Assembly: GCA_963770895.1 (NCBI GenBank)
Contig: CAVYRF010000002.1
Location: forward strand, 3,552,001-3,616,000
Source: an uncultured Acidobacteriota bacterium
GTDB taxonomy: Bacteria; Acidobacteriota; Thermoanaerobaculia; Multivoradales; UBA5704
Length of the DNA stretch: 64,000 nucleotides
Direction of reading: 5' to 3'
The first letter of the stretch is position 1. Each line of letters begins with the position of its first letter. Below are positions 56,401 through 64,000 of this stretch, piece by piece. The translations under genes were made by a program, and so were the position numbers. Under the pieces are notes generated by a model. That model was not told where the DNA came from. It saw only the letters and a list, made by a program, of their open reading frames with translations, and searched no databases.

Positions 56401-57524
56401 ACGTTGCCCAGGTCGTGGCGCCGCCGGCGGGCCAGACCATGGTGCTCGATGTCGTCGCGACCGATACCGTGAACCTGGCGGCGCAGTCAGCACCGGTCAC
56501 CGTTACGAGCGTGGTCGATCCGGGAACGGCGGTGAGCGGCACGGTGCTCGATCCGACCGGCGCCCCGGTCTCGGGAGCGAGCATCGTCGTGGTTGCGGGC
56601 GCTTCCTCGGCGAGCGCCACCTCCGGTGCGGACGGGTCCTTTACGGTGAGCGGCCTGCCGACCGGGAGCGGCGCCTTCGAGGTGAGCGCGGTCGGCACGG
56701 TGGGCGGCTGCCAGGCGGAGGCCGATGCCGAGGTGCCGCCGCCCCCGCCGGGCCGCAACGAATCGCTCGGCAACCTGACGCTCGTCCGGCCTCCGGCACC
56801 GGAGCCCACGGCCGTGACCGGCGTCGTTGTCGGTGCCGACGGCCAGGGGCTCTCCGGTGTCACGGTGACGGTTTCGAGCGCCGACCTGGCGGACACCGCC
56901 ACCGTCCTAAGCGGCTTCGGTGGCGCCTTCTTGGTATCGACCTTCCCCGCGCGGGCCTGGACCCTCCAGGCCGAAGCGACGGTCGTGAGCGGCGGTGTTC
57001 TGCTCTCCGCCGCAAGCGACCTGCATGGCCCGCACGCGGTCGCGGGCGGCACGACGGACCTTGGCACCCTGACCCTGAGCCCCTATCCCTTCACCGGCCC
57101 CGATCCCTTGACCACGGTCACCGGCCAGGCCACGAACCTCGACGGCTCACCGGCCGCCGGCGCCCAGGTGGTGCTCGACGTGGGCGATGGCCAGATCGTC
57201 GCGACCGCCGCTTCCGACGGAACCTTCGCCGTTTCCGGCGTGCCCACCCTGCAAGGCACGCTGAAGATCACCGCCTCGCTCCACCTGCCGTGCAACGTGC
57301 TCCTGGTTGCCGGCCCCATGACGGTGAGCGAGCTTGTGGCCGGCGGCCAGACCGCCGTGAGCCTCCCGCAGCTCGTGCCCGATCCGGGGCCGCCGCCGCC
57401 GATCATTTTCACTTCGGCACCGGTCGGAGGGTGGCCCGCGGAAGGCATGCGGTGCGTGGCCGCTCCGAGCGCCGCCGACGGATGGTTTGCGACGCTCACG
57501 AGCGCGGCGGAGTTCCTGCGTTGA
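53478..57524 (+). CDS. Large secreted protein: Big_2 Ig, DxDxDG Ca-binding repeats, LVIVD repeats, Ig-like and carboxypeptidase-regulatory-like domains
   Basis: Signal ending TSFA-Q; CTVSALNRT; DPDNDGLTN/DTDGDGLSD/DTDGDGISD repeats (54097-54360); GL.VVDV.NP..P repeats; three Ig and three G.V....G.P..GA units. Confidence 0.88.
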   Translation: MNLAADRAPMALLAPRHRRIFFLPLLLHLLTAATSFAQLDQTCTVSALNRTAQVDGNGVWVLTNVPAGTGQVRVRAACMANGTTRYGQSDLFTVPVNGAILVSDISFASQVPIPSSLTLTGPGSPLSGAGQQAQLSAIATYPDGTTGDLTPSSTGTGYLSSNPSVASVDGNGVVTANASGTVVISALNEGVLGVVQVQVVLSGSTVGDGIPDDWKVAHGLDPNDPYCALEDPDNDGLTNLEEYQYGTDPNNPDTDGDGLSDGDEVHLYHTNPLLWDTDGDGISDGVEVRTGSDPLDIHSFNLAAALSSVTVSPAAFTLVFNTVSGQASRQIVATGNVIDGRTIDLFDPRYQTQVASSNLAVASFGVRPGQVFAGQSGTATVTVSNSGWTAASTVTVTTFSPTALAFLPLPGFQNAVEAAGDFVFVASGGFGLSVVDMTNLQAPVLVAQTPTPGSANDVRVSGTVAYVAEDVGLQLLDVSDPAHPARLGSLSLPEGDQVRLAVAGNLVYLADMNFGLHVVDVTNPMQPVEVGSLALGGTPRAVGLGGIGLGGFALAGSYAVVACGDGGVAVVDVSDPAAPSLVGATPEDAPRAGSVTVRGHYAYVAAGEEAVYGGLHVVELADPTNPVEVGASEDDLGVTRAVLQDGFALGAQFFLAAQVAIFDVSTVPPAYTAVLDLSTLPGGEGVVAPRANDIAVRNGAVFLAANGYELGEFASYATSQGGLYTGLFELPNDGDTTPPTVALSAPTAGSAVMERLPVTVTVAAQDEVSVTSVGILVDGALVETLYKPPYQTTIHVPSGQPTMTLGAVATNISGVQATTTETLTVQPYPLPVATLLAPVPGQILIDGTPLTIAVAASDAVAVTRVEVYVNGALVGTAFTPPYLFQVTLPRGSATLAVTALAYNALGPGAMSAPVAVPVQPDVPPTVAIFSPADGAQVTEGSVVSIFAGASDLTGIASVLFDLNGVEFQGTATAPYVAQVVAPPAGQTMVLDVVATDTVNLAAQSAPVTVTSVVDPGTAVSGTVLDPTGAPVSGASIVVVAGASSASATSGADGSFTVSGLPTGSGAFEVSAVGTVGGCQAEADAEVPPPPPGRNESLGNLTLVRPPAPEPTAVTGVVVGADGQGLSGVTVTVSSADLADTATVLSGFGGAFLVSTFPARAWTLQAEATVVSGGVLLSAASDLHGPHAVAGGTTDLGTLTLSPYPFTGPDPLTTVTGQATNLDGSPAAGAQVVLDVGDGQIVATAASDGTFAVSGVPTLQGTLKITASLHLPCNVLLVAGPMTVSELVAGGQTAVSLPQLVPDPGPPPPIIFTSAPVGGWPAEGMRCVAAPSAADGWFATLTSAAEFLR

Positions 57525-58573
57525 CCTCCGGGGCTGGAGCGCAGCCGCCGAGCTTACCTGTGGGCATCAGCCGGCGGCGCCTGCTCGAAGGCGGTGCGGC
57601 GCTCACGGGCCTCATCGTGGCGCACGGGGCTGGTGCGAGAGCGCCCGGCGGCGGCGCGAGGGAATCGGCGCGCGCCGCCGCGGCACGGCTCGAGGCGGAG
57701 TTGCCAGAGCCCACCCATGCCACAAACGGCGACGAAACCGCGCTGCCAGGCTGGATCGCCTGCTACTCCAAGGGACTGCCCCACAATGCGGAAGGTGAGG
57801 TGGACCCGGCGGCCTATCGGCTGCTCCTGCGGGCGGTCGCGAGCCGCGACCCGGCCGACTTCGAGTCCATCCCGCTCGGCGGCTTCGTGAAGCTGGCGAA
57901 CCCCCAGGCCGCCCTGGCCGAGAACCTCATCGGCCCCGATCCGGGACGCCTCGATCTGGTTCCTCCGCCGCGCTTTGCGAGCGCCGAGCAGGCATCCGAG
58001 CTCATCGAGCTGTACTGGCAGGCGCTCCTGCGTGACGTGGCGTTCGAGGACTACGAAACTCACCCCTTGGCCCAGCGGGCGGCGGCGGAACTCACACGTC
58101 TGGCCGAGTTCAAGGGGCCACGAGCGGCGGGCGGCACGGTCACCCCGCGCACGCTCTTCCGCGGCCCCGGTGCGGACTCGGCGACCGGCCCCTACCTCTC
58201 GCAGTTCCTCTACCGCGACGTCTTCCTGCCACCGGTGTGGGTGAAGCAACAGGAGCGCACGGCCGCCGCCGGCATCGACTTCATGACCCGGCACGACACG
58301 TGGCTCGATTGCCAGAACGGCGCCCTGACCGGGGTGAACCGCTTCGACCCGATGCCCATGGGATCATTGCGAACGGCGATGCCGCAGGTCAGGGTACCGC
58401 CAGGGGCCCGCGGAGCCTGCCGGCGCCAGGCCGAAAATCCTTCCGTTTTCCCCACAATTCAGGGACTGCGCGGAGACCTGCCCTGGGGGGGCCGGTCGGC
58501 AGGGCCTTTTCGATTTGCAGGCGACCGAGGTGCCGCTGGAGCCGTCGCTGGCAGTCCGGGGAGGGGCGGATGA
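57521..58573 (+). pseudogene. Tat-exported vanadium-dependent haloperoxidase, C-terminally truncated near 58357
   Basis: TTGA overlap; SRRRLL leader; NGDE, YSKGLPHN, KLANPQA, ELYWQALLRDV, LFRG and GPYLSQF match the N-terminal half of bromoperoxidase-type enzymes; no vanadate-binding motifs follow. Confidence 0.8.
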
Positions 58574-58895
58574 CGGGAGGGTCCACTTGGCGGCGCTCTG
58601 GGGCGAGGCAATGCGGGGAGCCGCTGGCGATACGGCTCACCGCCAAGCCGCTTGCCGGCCCGCGAGCCCGCAGCGCGACGACAAGGGGAGTCCTCCCGGC
58701 GGCCGCCCCGGAGCTGGCCGCAGGGCTGCGCGAGGGCCGGCGCGCCGGCGGCGATGCCGGCGATGGGCTGGCGGATGCTCAGGGAGGCGCGGCGGGGCGC
58801 GCCGCCTGCTCACCCTGAGCGCGGCGATCCTGGAGGGGACCGGGCGGGAGGGTGAGCGGGCGGACGAGCCGCCGCAACGGGAGTTTGGGTGGGGT

Positions 58896-59249
58896 TTACT
58901 GGAAAACGCGCTTGCCGCCGGCCTTGATCTGGCCCCAGCCTTGCGGGCAGGTGTCGCGCGAGGGGATGTCGAGGCAGAAGCAGACCTTGGTGGTGCCCGA
59001 GTCGACGGTGCTGTTGCCCTTGGCAGGGACGTTGATCTCAAGCTGAGAGGGCTTGTGCTCGCAGGACGCGTCGTCCGAGCCGAAACGGGCGAAGATGGTG
59101 ATGTTGTGGTTCGAGTTGTTGACCAGGGTCACGCCGCCAGAGGCAGGCATGCCGCCGGCGTCTTTCTGAGCCAGGACGACGCCGGTCCCGAGTACGACAC
59201 AGATGGCGAGAGACGCAAGAACCCACTTAGCCCGTGAAAAGTGCTGCAT
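58896..59249 (-). CDS. Small secreted hypothetical protein with four mature Cys
   Basis: GGAGGAGG RBS; signal ending VVLA-Q; VTLVNNSNHNITI beta strand. Confidence 0.75.
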   Translation of the reverse strand: MQHFSRAKWVLASLAICVVLGTGVVLAQKDAGGMPASGGVTLVNNSNHNITIFARFGSDDASCEHKPSQLEINVPAKGNSTVDSGTTKVCFCLDIPSRDTCPQGWGQIKAGGKRVFQ

Positions 59250-59612
59250 TGCGTAATCCTCCTCCGGAAGAAGTTGATCTGCTCTCACCCGGCTGGCATT
59301 GGCGCCTGTCCTGGGCGGAACCCTGGGCGCGCGCTTGGTGGCGCGCCGTCAGGAGCCCCGGCGGGTGGAGCTACTGACGTATACGCAAGAATCGGTCCGA
59401 AGTTCCAGCATGAGTCGAGATTCTTTGAAAAGGCGCACATGCCGTATCGTGCGGACAGGACCGGCGCGGCCCGGCCGCCCTCTGGATCAAGGCTGGTAGA
59501 TACGGGGATGGGTATTGGGTTCTGGGTGCCGGGCGGACCGGCCCGGCGGGCGGCGGCGCGCAGGCGGGAGCCTGCGCGGGCCATCGCGATGCCAGATTGG
59601 CTGGCCGGGACG

Positions 59613-59942
59613 TCAGGCGCCGGTTGAATTGGCAGGTGGCCGCGGCGGCTCGGCTTGCGCCACCGTTGGCGGAGCCGGCGGGGGCGCCCAGGCGGCGGGC
59701 TGGGCCTGCGCCACGGGCGGAGCCTGCACATAGGGCTGGGCCACAGGTGGCGCAATCTGACCGGTGGCCTGCTGCGCCGGGTTGGATTCCGCCTTGTGAC
59801 CGCCTCCCAGAGCGTCCCTGAAATCGCGGATCGAGGTCCCCAGCCCCTTGCCCAGCTCCGGCAGGCGCTTCGGGCCGAAGAACAGCAGGGCCAGGCCCAG
59901 GATGATGAGCAGGTGCATGGGTTGGAACAGTCCTTCGAACAT
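59613..59942 (-). CDS. tatA: Twin-arginine translocase TatA/TatE subunit
   Basis: HLLIILGLALLFFGPKRLPELGKGLGTSIRDFR; GGAGG RBS; Pro/Ala/Gln-rich tail. Confidence 0.93.
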   Translation of the reverse strand: MFEGLFQPMHLLIILGLALLFFGPKRLPELGKGLGTSIRDFRDALGGGHKAESNPAQQATGQIAPPVAQPYVQAPPVAQAQPAAWAPPPAPPTVAQAEPPRPPANSTGA

Positions 59943-59980
59943 ATGACCTCCAGGAAAAGGGCACTTCCCCCTTCACGCCT

Positions 59981-60009
59981 ATTCTGGTCCTGCGGGCGTC
60001 CACGGTCAA
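59981..60009 (-). promoter_or_regulatory. Sigma70 promoter of tatA
   Basis: Minus strand TTGACC-17 nt-CAGAAT. Confidence 0.5.
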
Positions 60010-60263
60010 GCGGATGCGAAAAGCCAGGAAGCCCGGCGGGCCATTCCCGCTGTCAAGGCAAGTGTAAACAGTGAGCCGCGCGGGCTTGTGGCCCCCGCCG
60101 TCGTGGGCAAGCCAGGTGCTTTCGATCCGAACACGCCAGGCTTGCCCTTGCCGGGCGTGCTTGAGCGTCACCCGCCGGGATGCCGGCGCCGCAGGCGGGT
60201 CCGGCGGAGCCCCCCGCGCCTGGGTTGGGTTGGGGGACTCCGCCGGATGTGGGGGTGGGGCGT

Positions 60264-62171
60264 TTACCGGGGCCGGGACCGGCCGCCGGTGGGAGGAGCG
60301 AGCGGCGCGGCAGGGGGCGGCCCGCCGCCGGGCTTGTTGCGCCGGCGCAGGCGCCCCACGGCCACGCTTCCGAGCAGGGTGAAGAGCGTCGCCAGGCCGG
60401 CGCTGCCCAGGGTCGGGACGGCGGCGGGCTGGGTGGGTGTGCCCGGGCCGCCGGGATTGCCGGGTGGCTGGGGCGGGGTCTGGGCGCTGGAGCAGGCGGT
60501 GTCGCCGGCGGCGTCGGTCAGGCAGGAGCTGTTGGCGATCTGCTGCAGTCCGGCCGGCAGCGGCGCGGCGGCGGTCAAGGCGAAGGTGCGGGTGCCGGAG
60601 GCGTCGGCCGGCAGCGGCCCCAGGGCCAGGGTGCAGGTGGCGCCGGGACCGCCGGCGGCGGGCGAGCAGGTCCAGCCGGGCGAGCTGGCGGCGGCGGCAA
60701 AGGCGGTGGCGTCCGGGACGGTTTCTCCCAGGCTGGCGGCGGCGGCGTCCTGGTCGCCGGTGTTGGCGTAGGCCAGCTGAAAGACCAGGGTGGCGCCGGC
60801 GGCCAGGGCCGGGCCGGCGTAGCTCTTGGCGAGCGACAGGTGCGGGTTGCCGTGGGTGGGCGAGGAGACGCTGGCGCAGACCGGCGCCAGGCCGGCGGCG
60901 CTGGCGCAGGCGGTGTTGGCGATGGCGGTGATGCCGGCGGGAAGCGGCGACGCGACGGTGACCGCGAAGGTGCCATGGAGCGTGGCGCCGGCTGCGAGGG
61001 TACCCAGCGCGTCGGTGCAGCTGGCGCCGGCGGGGCCGGCGGCGGGGACGCAGCTCCAGCCTGGCGAGCCGGCGGCGTCGAAGGCGGTGGCGGCGGGGAC
61101 GGTCTCCGCCAGGACGACGCTGCCGGCTCCCTGGTTGCCGGTGTTTTGCACCGCCAGGTCCCAGGTCAGCACGCCGCCGGGCGCACCGGTGCCCTGGGTG
61201 AGCGATTTGACCACCTTGAGCGCGGCGGCGCCGGTGGTGGCGGTGGCGACGCTGGCGCAGGCGGCGACGGTGGTCGGGCCTTCGCGCACGCAGGCGGTGT
61301 TGTTGATCACGCTGACGCCGGCGGCCAGAGGGCTGGCGAGCGTCACCGCGAACAGGCTGGTGAGCGTGCCGTCAGCGGCCAGGTTGCCGACCGGGTTGCG
61401 GCACAGCGCGCCGGGGTTGCCGTCCGGCGCGCAGACCCAGCCGGCGGCGCTGGCGGCGGCGTCGAAGGTGGTATTGGCCGGCACCGTGTCGACCAGCTGC
61501 AGGCCGCCGTCGCCCAGGCCGCTCAGGTCGCGCACCGTCAGGGTGTACAGCAGGGTCGAACCGGGGGCTCCGGAACCGGCGGCGGTCTTCTGCAGGCTGA
61601 CGTGCGATGGCGTCGCGGCGCCGCAGGCGGCGGCGCCGGCGCCCTGCGAGGCGGCGTCGAACGAGCGGCCGTCGGAGGTCGTCGCCTGGGCGGTGGCGGT
61701 GAAGGCCGGTGAGGTGGTGGACTCGAAGAGCGCCTGCCAGGTGACGACCACGGTCCAGCTGTTGTTGTCGAGCGGGTCTGCCGGACAGCTGAAATTGACC
61801 GCGCCCGAGGTGTCGCCGGGGCCGTTGCCGCGCGCCACGGTGGGCTGGCAGCCGACGGTGAGGTCGTTGTCGATGCGCAGCGTCCCCGGCTGGTAGACCA
61901 GACCGCTGGTGCCGGCGCCGGGGATCGTCAGGCTGCCGGTGAGCGCCGGGGTGCCCGAATCGCGGGTGGCGTAGGTGGCGCTCAGCAGCACCGGCTCGCC
62001 GCAGTCGAGGATGCCGTTGCCGTTGACGTCGACGAAGCCGGCGACCGCGACCTGGAGAGACGGTTGCGCCGCGAGCGGCGGGGCGGCGCCGCCCAGCAGG
62101 ACGGCGCGGATGGTGGCGCCGCGGGTGCGGCGGCAGGCAGGGGGGGTGGTGGGGGTGGCGGGTGGGTGCAT
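60264..62171 (-). CDS. Surface protein with three DUF11-like repeats and an IPTL-CTERM-like sorting tail
   Basis: Three L.K...PG..L.Y.L...N.G...(D/E)TVP..T.F..A.S.GW.C repeats; VPTLGSAGLATLFTLLGSVAVGRLRRR. Confidence 0.82.
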   Translation of the reverse strand: MHPPATPTTPPACRRTRGATIRAVLLGGAAPPLAAQPSLQVAVAGFVDVNGNGILDCGEPVLLSATYATRDSGTPALTGSLTIPGAGTSGLVYQPGTLRIDNDLTVGCQPTVARGNGPGDTSGAVNFSCPADPLDNNSWTVVVTWQALFESTTSPAFTATAQATTSDGRSFDAASQGAGAAACGAATPSHVSLQKTAAGSGAPGSTLLYTLTVRDLSGLGDGGLQLVDTVPANTTFDAAASAAGWVCAPDGNPGALCRNPVGNLAADGTLTSLFAVTLASPLAAGVSVINNTACVREGPTTVAACASVATATTGAAALKVVKSLTQGTGAPGGVLTWDLAVQNTGNQGAGSVVLAETVPAATAFDAAGSPGWSCVPAAGPAGASCTDALGTLAAGATLHGTFAVTVASPLPAGITAIANTACASAAGLAPVCASVSSPTHGNPHLSLAKSYAGPALAAGATLVFQLAYANTGDQDAAAASLGETVPDATAFAAAASSPGWTCSPAAGGPGATCTLALGPLPADASGTRTFALTAAAPLPAGLQQIANSSCLTDAAGDTACSSAQTPPQPPGNPGGPGTPTQPAAVPTLGSAGLATLFTLLGSVAVGRLRRRNKPGGGPPPAAPLAPPTGGRSRPR

Positions 62172-62197
62172 GGGTGTACGGTCCCTCCTTTGGGGGG

Positions 62198-63109
62198 TCA
62201 GGCGAGGCAGGCGTACAGCTGCTCGACGCGCTCGTCGGGGCTGCCGTGCGGCTGGCTGCCCAGACGGACCAGCAGCGTGTCGAGCTGCGGCGTGGTGAGC
62301 TGGACGGTCAGCGGCTGGTGGAGCCCGGCGGCGACCGTGGGATCCAGGTCGGGGGCAGGATGGCCGGCGGTGCCGCCGGCAGGGGCAGGGGAAGGATCGG
62401 TGGGGGGCGCCGTGGCGGCGGCGAGGTCACTGCCGGCGTAAGCACCGGCACCGGCGCCGGCGTCGCGCAGCTGGGCGGCGATTTCGATCTGCTGCACCGT
62501 GATCGGGCCGCCGGTGCGCCGCGCCAGCGCCAGCAGGCGATTCTGCTGGGGCGCCGGCAGGCGATCGAACAGGTTGGCGCCCAGGATGCTGGCCAGGAAC
62601 CCCTCGCGCAGCGCGTCGCCGAGCGGGCCGGTGGCGGCGGCCAGGCGCAGGTAGTGGGAGCACCAGGCGGGCGAGCGGTGGTGCCGGCGGGCGAAGTCGG
62701 TCTTGGTCAGGCCGGAGAGCGCCACGGCGCGGGCGATGGCGCGGGCGCGGTCGTAGAGCGACAGGCTGCGCCGCAGCTCGCCGTCGTTTTCGTCGAGCTG
62801 CAGCATGAGCCGGTCGGACGGCGACAGCGGCTCCTGGCGCACCACGACCGGCACCGCCTGCAGGCCGGCCAGCTGGGCCGCCTGCCAGCGGCGGCCGCCG
62901 GTGATGATCTGGAAGGGCGTCGTCGCGCGCGCCGCCGGCAGCGGGTGGGGCGCCACCAGCAGCGGCTGGATGACGCCGTGCGCCCGCACGCTGGCGGCCA
63001 GCGCCTCCAGGTCCGGCCCGGCGATCGTGCTGCGCGGCTGGTCCGGGTCGGGGGCGATGGCGGACACGGCGACCAGCAGGGCGCCGGCCGGCGCGGCGGG
63101 AGCGCTCAA
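62198..63109 (-). CDS. ParB/RepB/Spo0J family protein
   Basis: PDPDQPR, LAASVRAHGVIQPLLV, IITGGRRWQAA, QLDEN and an HTH segment; overlaps the trbI stop. Confidence 0.85.
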   Translation of the reverse strand: MSAPAAPAGALLVAVSAIAPDPDQPRSTIAGPDLEALAASVRAHGVIQPLLVAPHPLPAARATTPFQIITGGRRWQAAQLAGLQAVPVVVRQEPLSPSDRLMLQLDENDGELRRSLSLYDRARAIARAVALSGLTKTDFARRHHRSPAWCSHYLRLAAATGPLGDALREGFLASILGANLFDRLPAPQQNRLLALARRTGGPITVQQIEIAAQLRDAGAGAGAYAGSDLAAATAPPTDPSPAPAGGTAGHPAPDLDPTVAAGLHQPLTVQLTTPQLDTLLVRLGSQPHGSPDERVEQLYACLA

Positions 63110-64000
63110 GGAGGGCCTCCCTGGGCGGAGGAGCCGGCCGCCTGGCGCGGCGTGCCGGGCAGATCGGCGGTGACGAAGACAAAGAAGGGCGTGCCGGCGG
63201 GCACGCGCAAGGTCGGCTGCACGGCCAGGTCGCGGCGCACCAGCTCCAGGCCGACGCTCGACAGCTCCTGGCCCAGGGCGGCGGCGGCGACCTGCTGGCT
63301 GCTGGGCGCCGTCGCGAAGCCGCTGGCCGCCGGCTGCGACAGCTGGGCGCCGGCGCCCAGCAGCGACAGCAGCACGGCATCGCCGAACACCCGCCGCAGG
63401 TGGTTGTCGGTCTGCGCCGGCAGGCCGGCGGCGCCGGTGGCGTCGGCGGCGGGCAGGCCGGCGACTTCGACGCTGCCGCCGTCGGCGAACAGGAAGCGGG
63501 TCCAGGCGACCAGCAGGCGGTTCTGGCCGGCGGCGACCTGGTCCTGGTAGCGCCCCAGCAGGCGGGTGCCGCGCGGGATGACGACCTGTCGCAGGGTGCC
63601 GTCGTAGACGTCGCGGCTGACCTGCGCCAGCAGCGGCCCGGGCAGACCGGAATCGACCGCCGTCAGCAGGGTCGCCGAGATCAGCGTCCCCGCCGCCACC
63701 GTCCCGCCGGCGGCCGGCGCGCGGTAGCGCACCGCGAGCGGTTCGCCGCCTGCCGGGGGGTGCCCGGCCAGCGCCTCCCAGCGCGAGCCGCCAGGACTGC
63801 CGCTGGCGGCGGCGCTCGCTCCGGCGCCGGGTCCGCCGCCCGCTCCGGCTCCGATGCCCGCTCCGGCACCGCCGGCACCGCCGGCACCGCCGGCTTCAAT
63901 GCCAGTTCCGGCTCCGATTTCTGCTCCGCCACCGGCGCCTGCTCCGGCGGCGCCCGCGGCGTCCGCCGGCCGGCGTGGCGGGCTGCCTCCTTCACCGGCG
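63106..64000 (-). CDS. trbI: TrbI/VirB10 type IV secretion protein, 5'-partial
   Basis: AGTLISATLLTAVDSGLPG, VIPRGTRLLGRY, RLLVAWTR, DATGAAG...DNHL and QPTLRVPAG; frame stays open to the window edge through a Gly/Ala linker. Confidence 0.9.
   Translation of the reverse strand, partial: AGEGGSPPRRPADAAGAAGAGAGGGAEIGAGTGIEAGGAGGAGGAGAGIGAGAGGGPGAGASAAASGSPGGSRWEALAGHPPAGGEPLAVRYRAPAAGGTVAAGTLISATLLTAVDSGLPGPLLAQVSRDVYDGTLRQVVIPRGTRLLGRYQDQVAAGQNRLLVAWTRFLFADGGSVEVAGLPAADATGAAGLPAQTDNHLRRVFGDAVLLSLLGAGAQLSQPAASGFATAPSSQQVAAAALGQELSSVGLELVRRDLAVQPTLRVPAGTPFFVFVTADLPGTPRQAAGSSAQGGPP

Larger units (their letters stand above)
58358..64000. mobile_element. Probable end of an integrative conjugative element or integrated plasmid
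   Basis: trbI/virB10 and ParB-like genes at the window edge; an abrupt gene truncation with a palindrome at about 58355 may mark the boundary. No integrase in the window. Confidence 0.4.

Noticed and set aside
58515-59237. ORFs in the gap after the haloperoxidase
   Set aside because: No recognisable motifs or RBS; partly antisense to the supported 58896..59249 gene.
63681-63995. 104-aa Pro/Ala-rich ORF suggesting a frameshifted trbI
   Set aside because: The trbI frame itself is open without stops to the window edge, so no frameshift is needed.

Overview
Very GC-rich bacterial DNA. The duplicated orphan ABC permease, Gly/Ala-padded NRPS and IPTL-CTERM-like tail suggest Acidobacteriota (Thermoanaerobaculia-like); this taxon is an inference. 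1-16096: the 3' part of a giant NRPS (A-T, three C-A-T modules, then C-degenerate A-T-TE). 16-35 kb: secreted and metabolic genes (three coupled amidohydrolase-fold genes, two DoxX, a BNR propeller, an ABC permease, HxlR/SDR, two divergent phosphoesterase paralogs, a Tat multicopper oxidase). 35-47.5 kb: a Phd/VapC toxin-antitoxin pair, a CMD remnant, a glycosylation/sulfation cluster, a Liv ABC transporter and a membrane protein. 47.9-58.4 kb is the best candidate for an undescribed system: a giant secreted Ig-repeat protein whose Cys-rich tip and overlapping downstream gene form a sharply lower-GC cassette (polymorphic toxin/immunity-like), then an LVIVD/Ig/Ca-repeat protein and a truncated vanadium haloperoxidase. 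58.4-64 kb: the probable end of a conjugative element (trbI, ParB-like, DUF11 surface protein, tatA). I saw no rRNA, tRNA or CRISPR array. All assignments are from motif reading without database searches.
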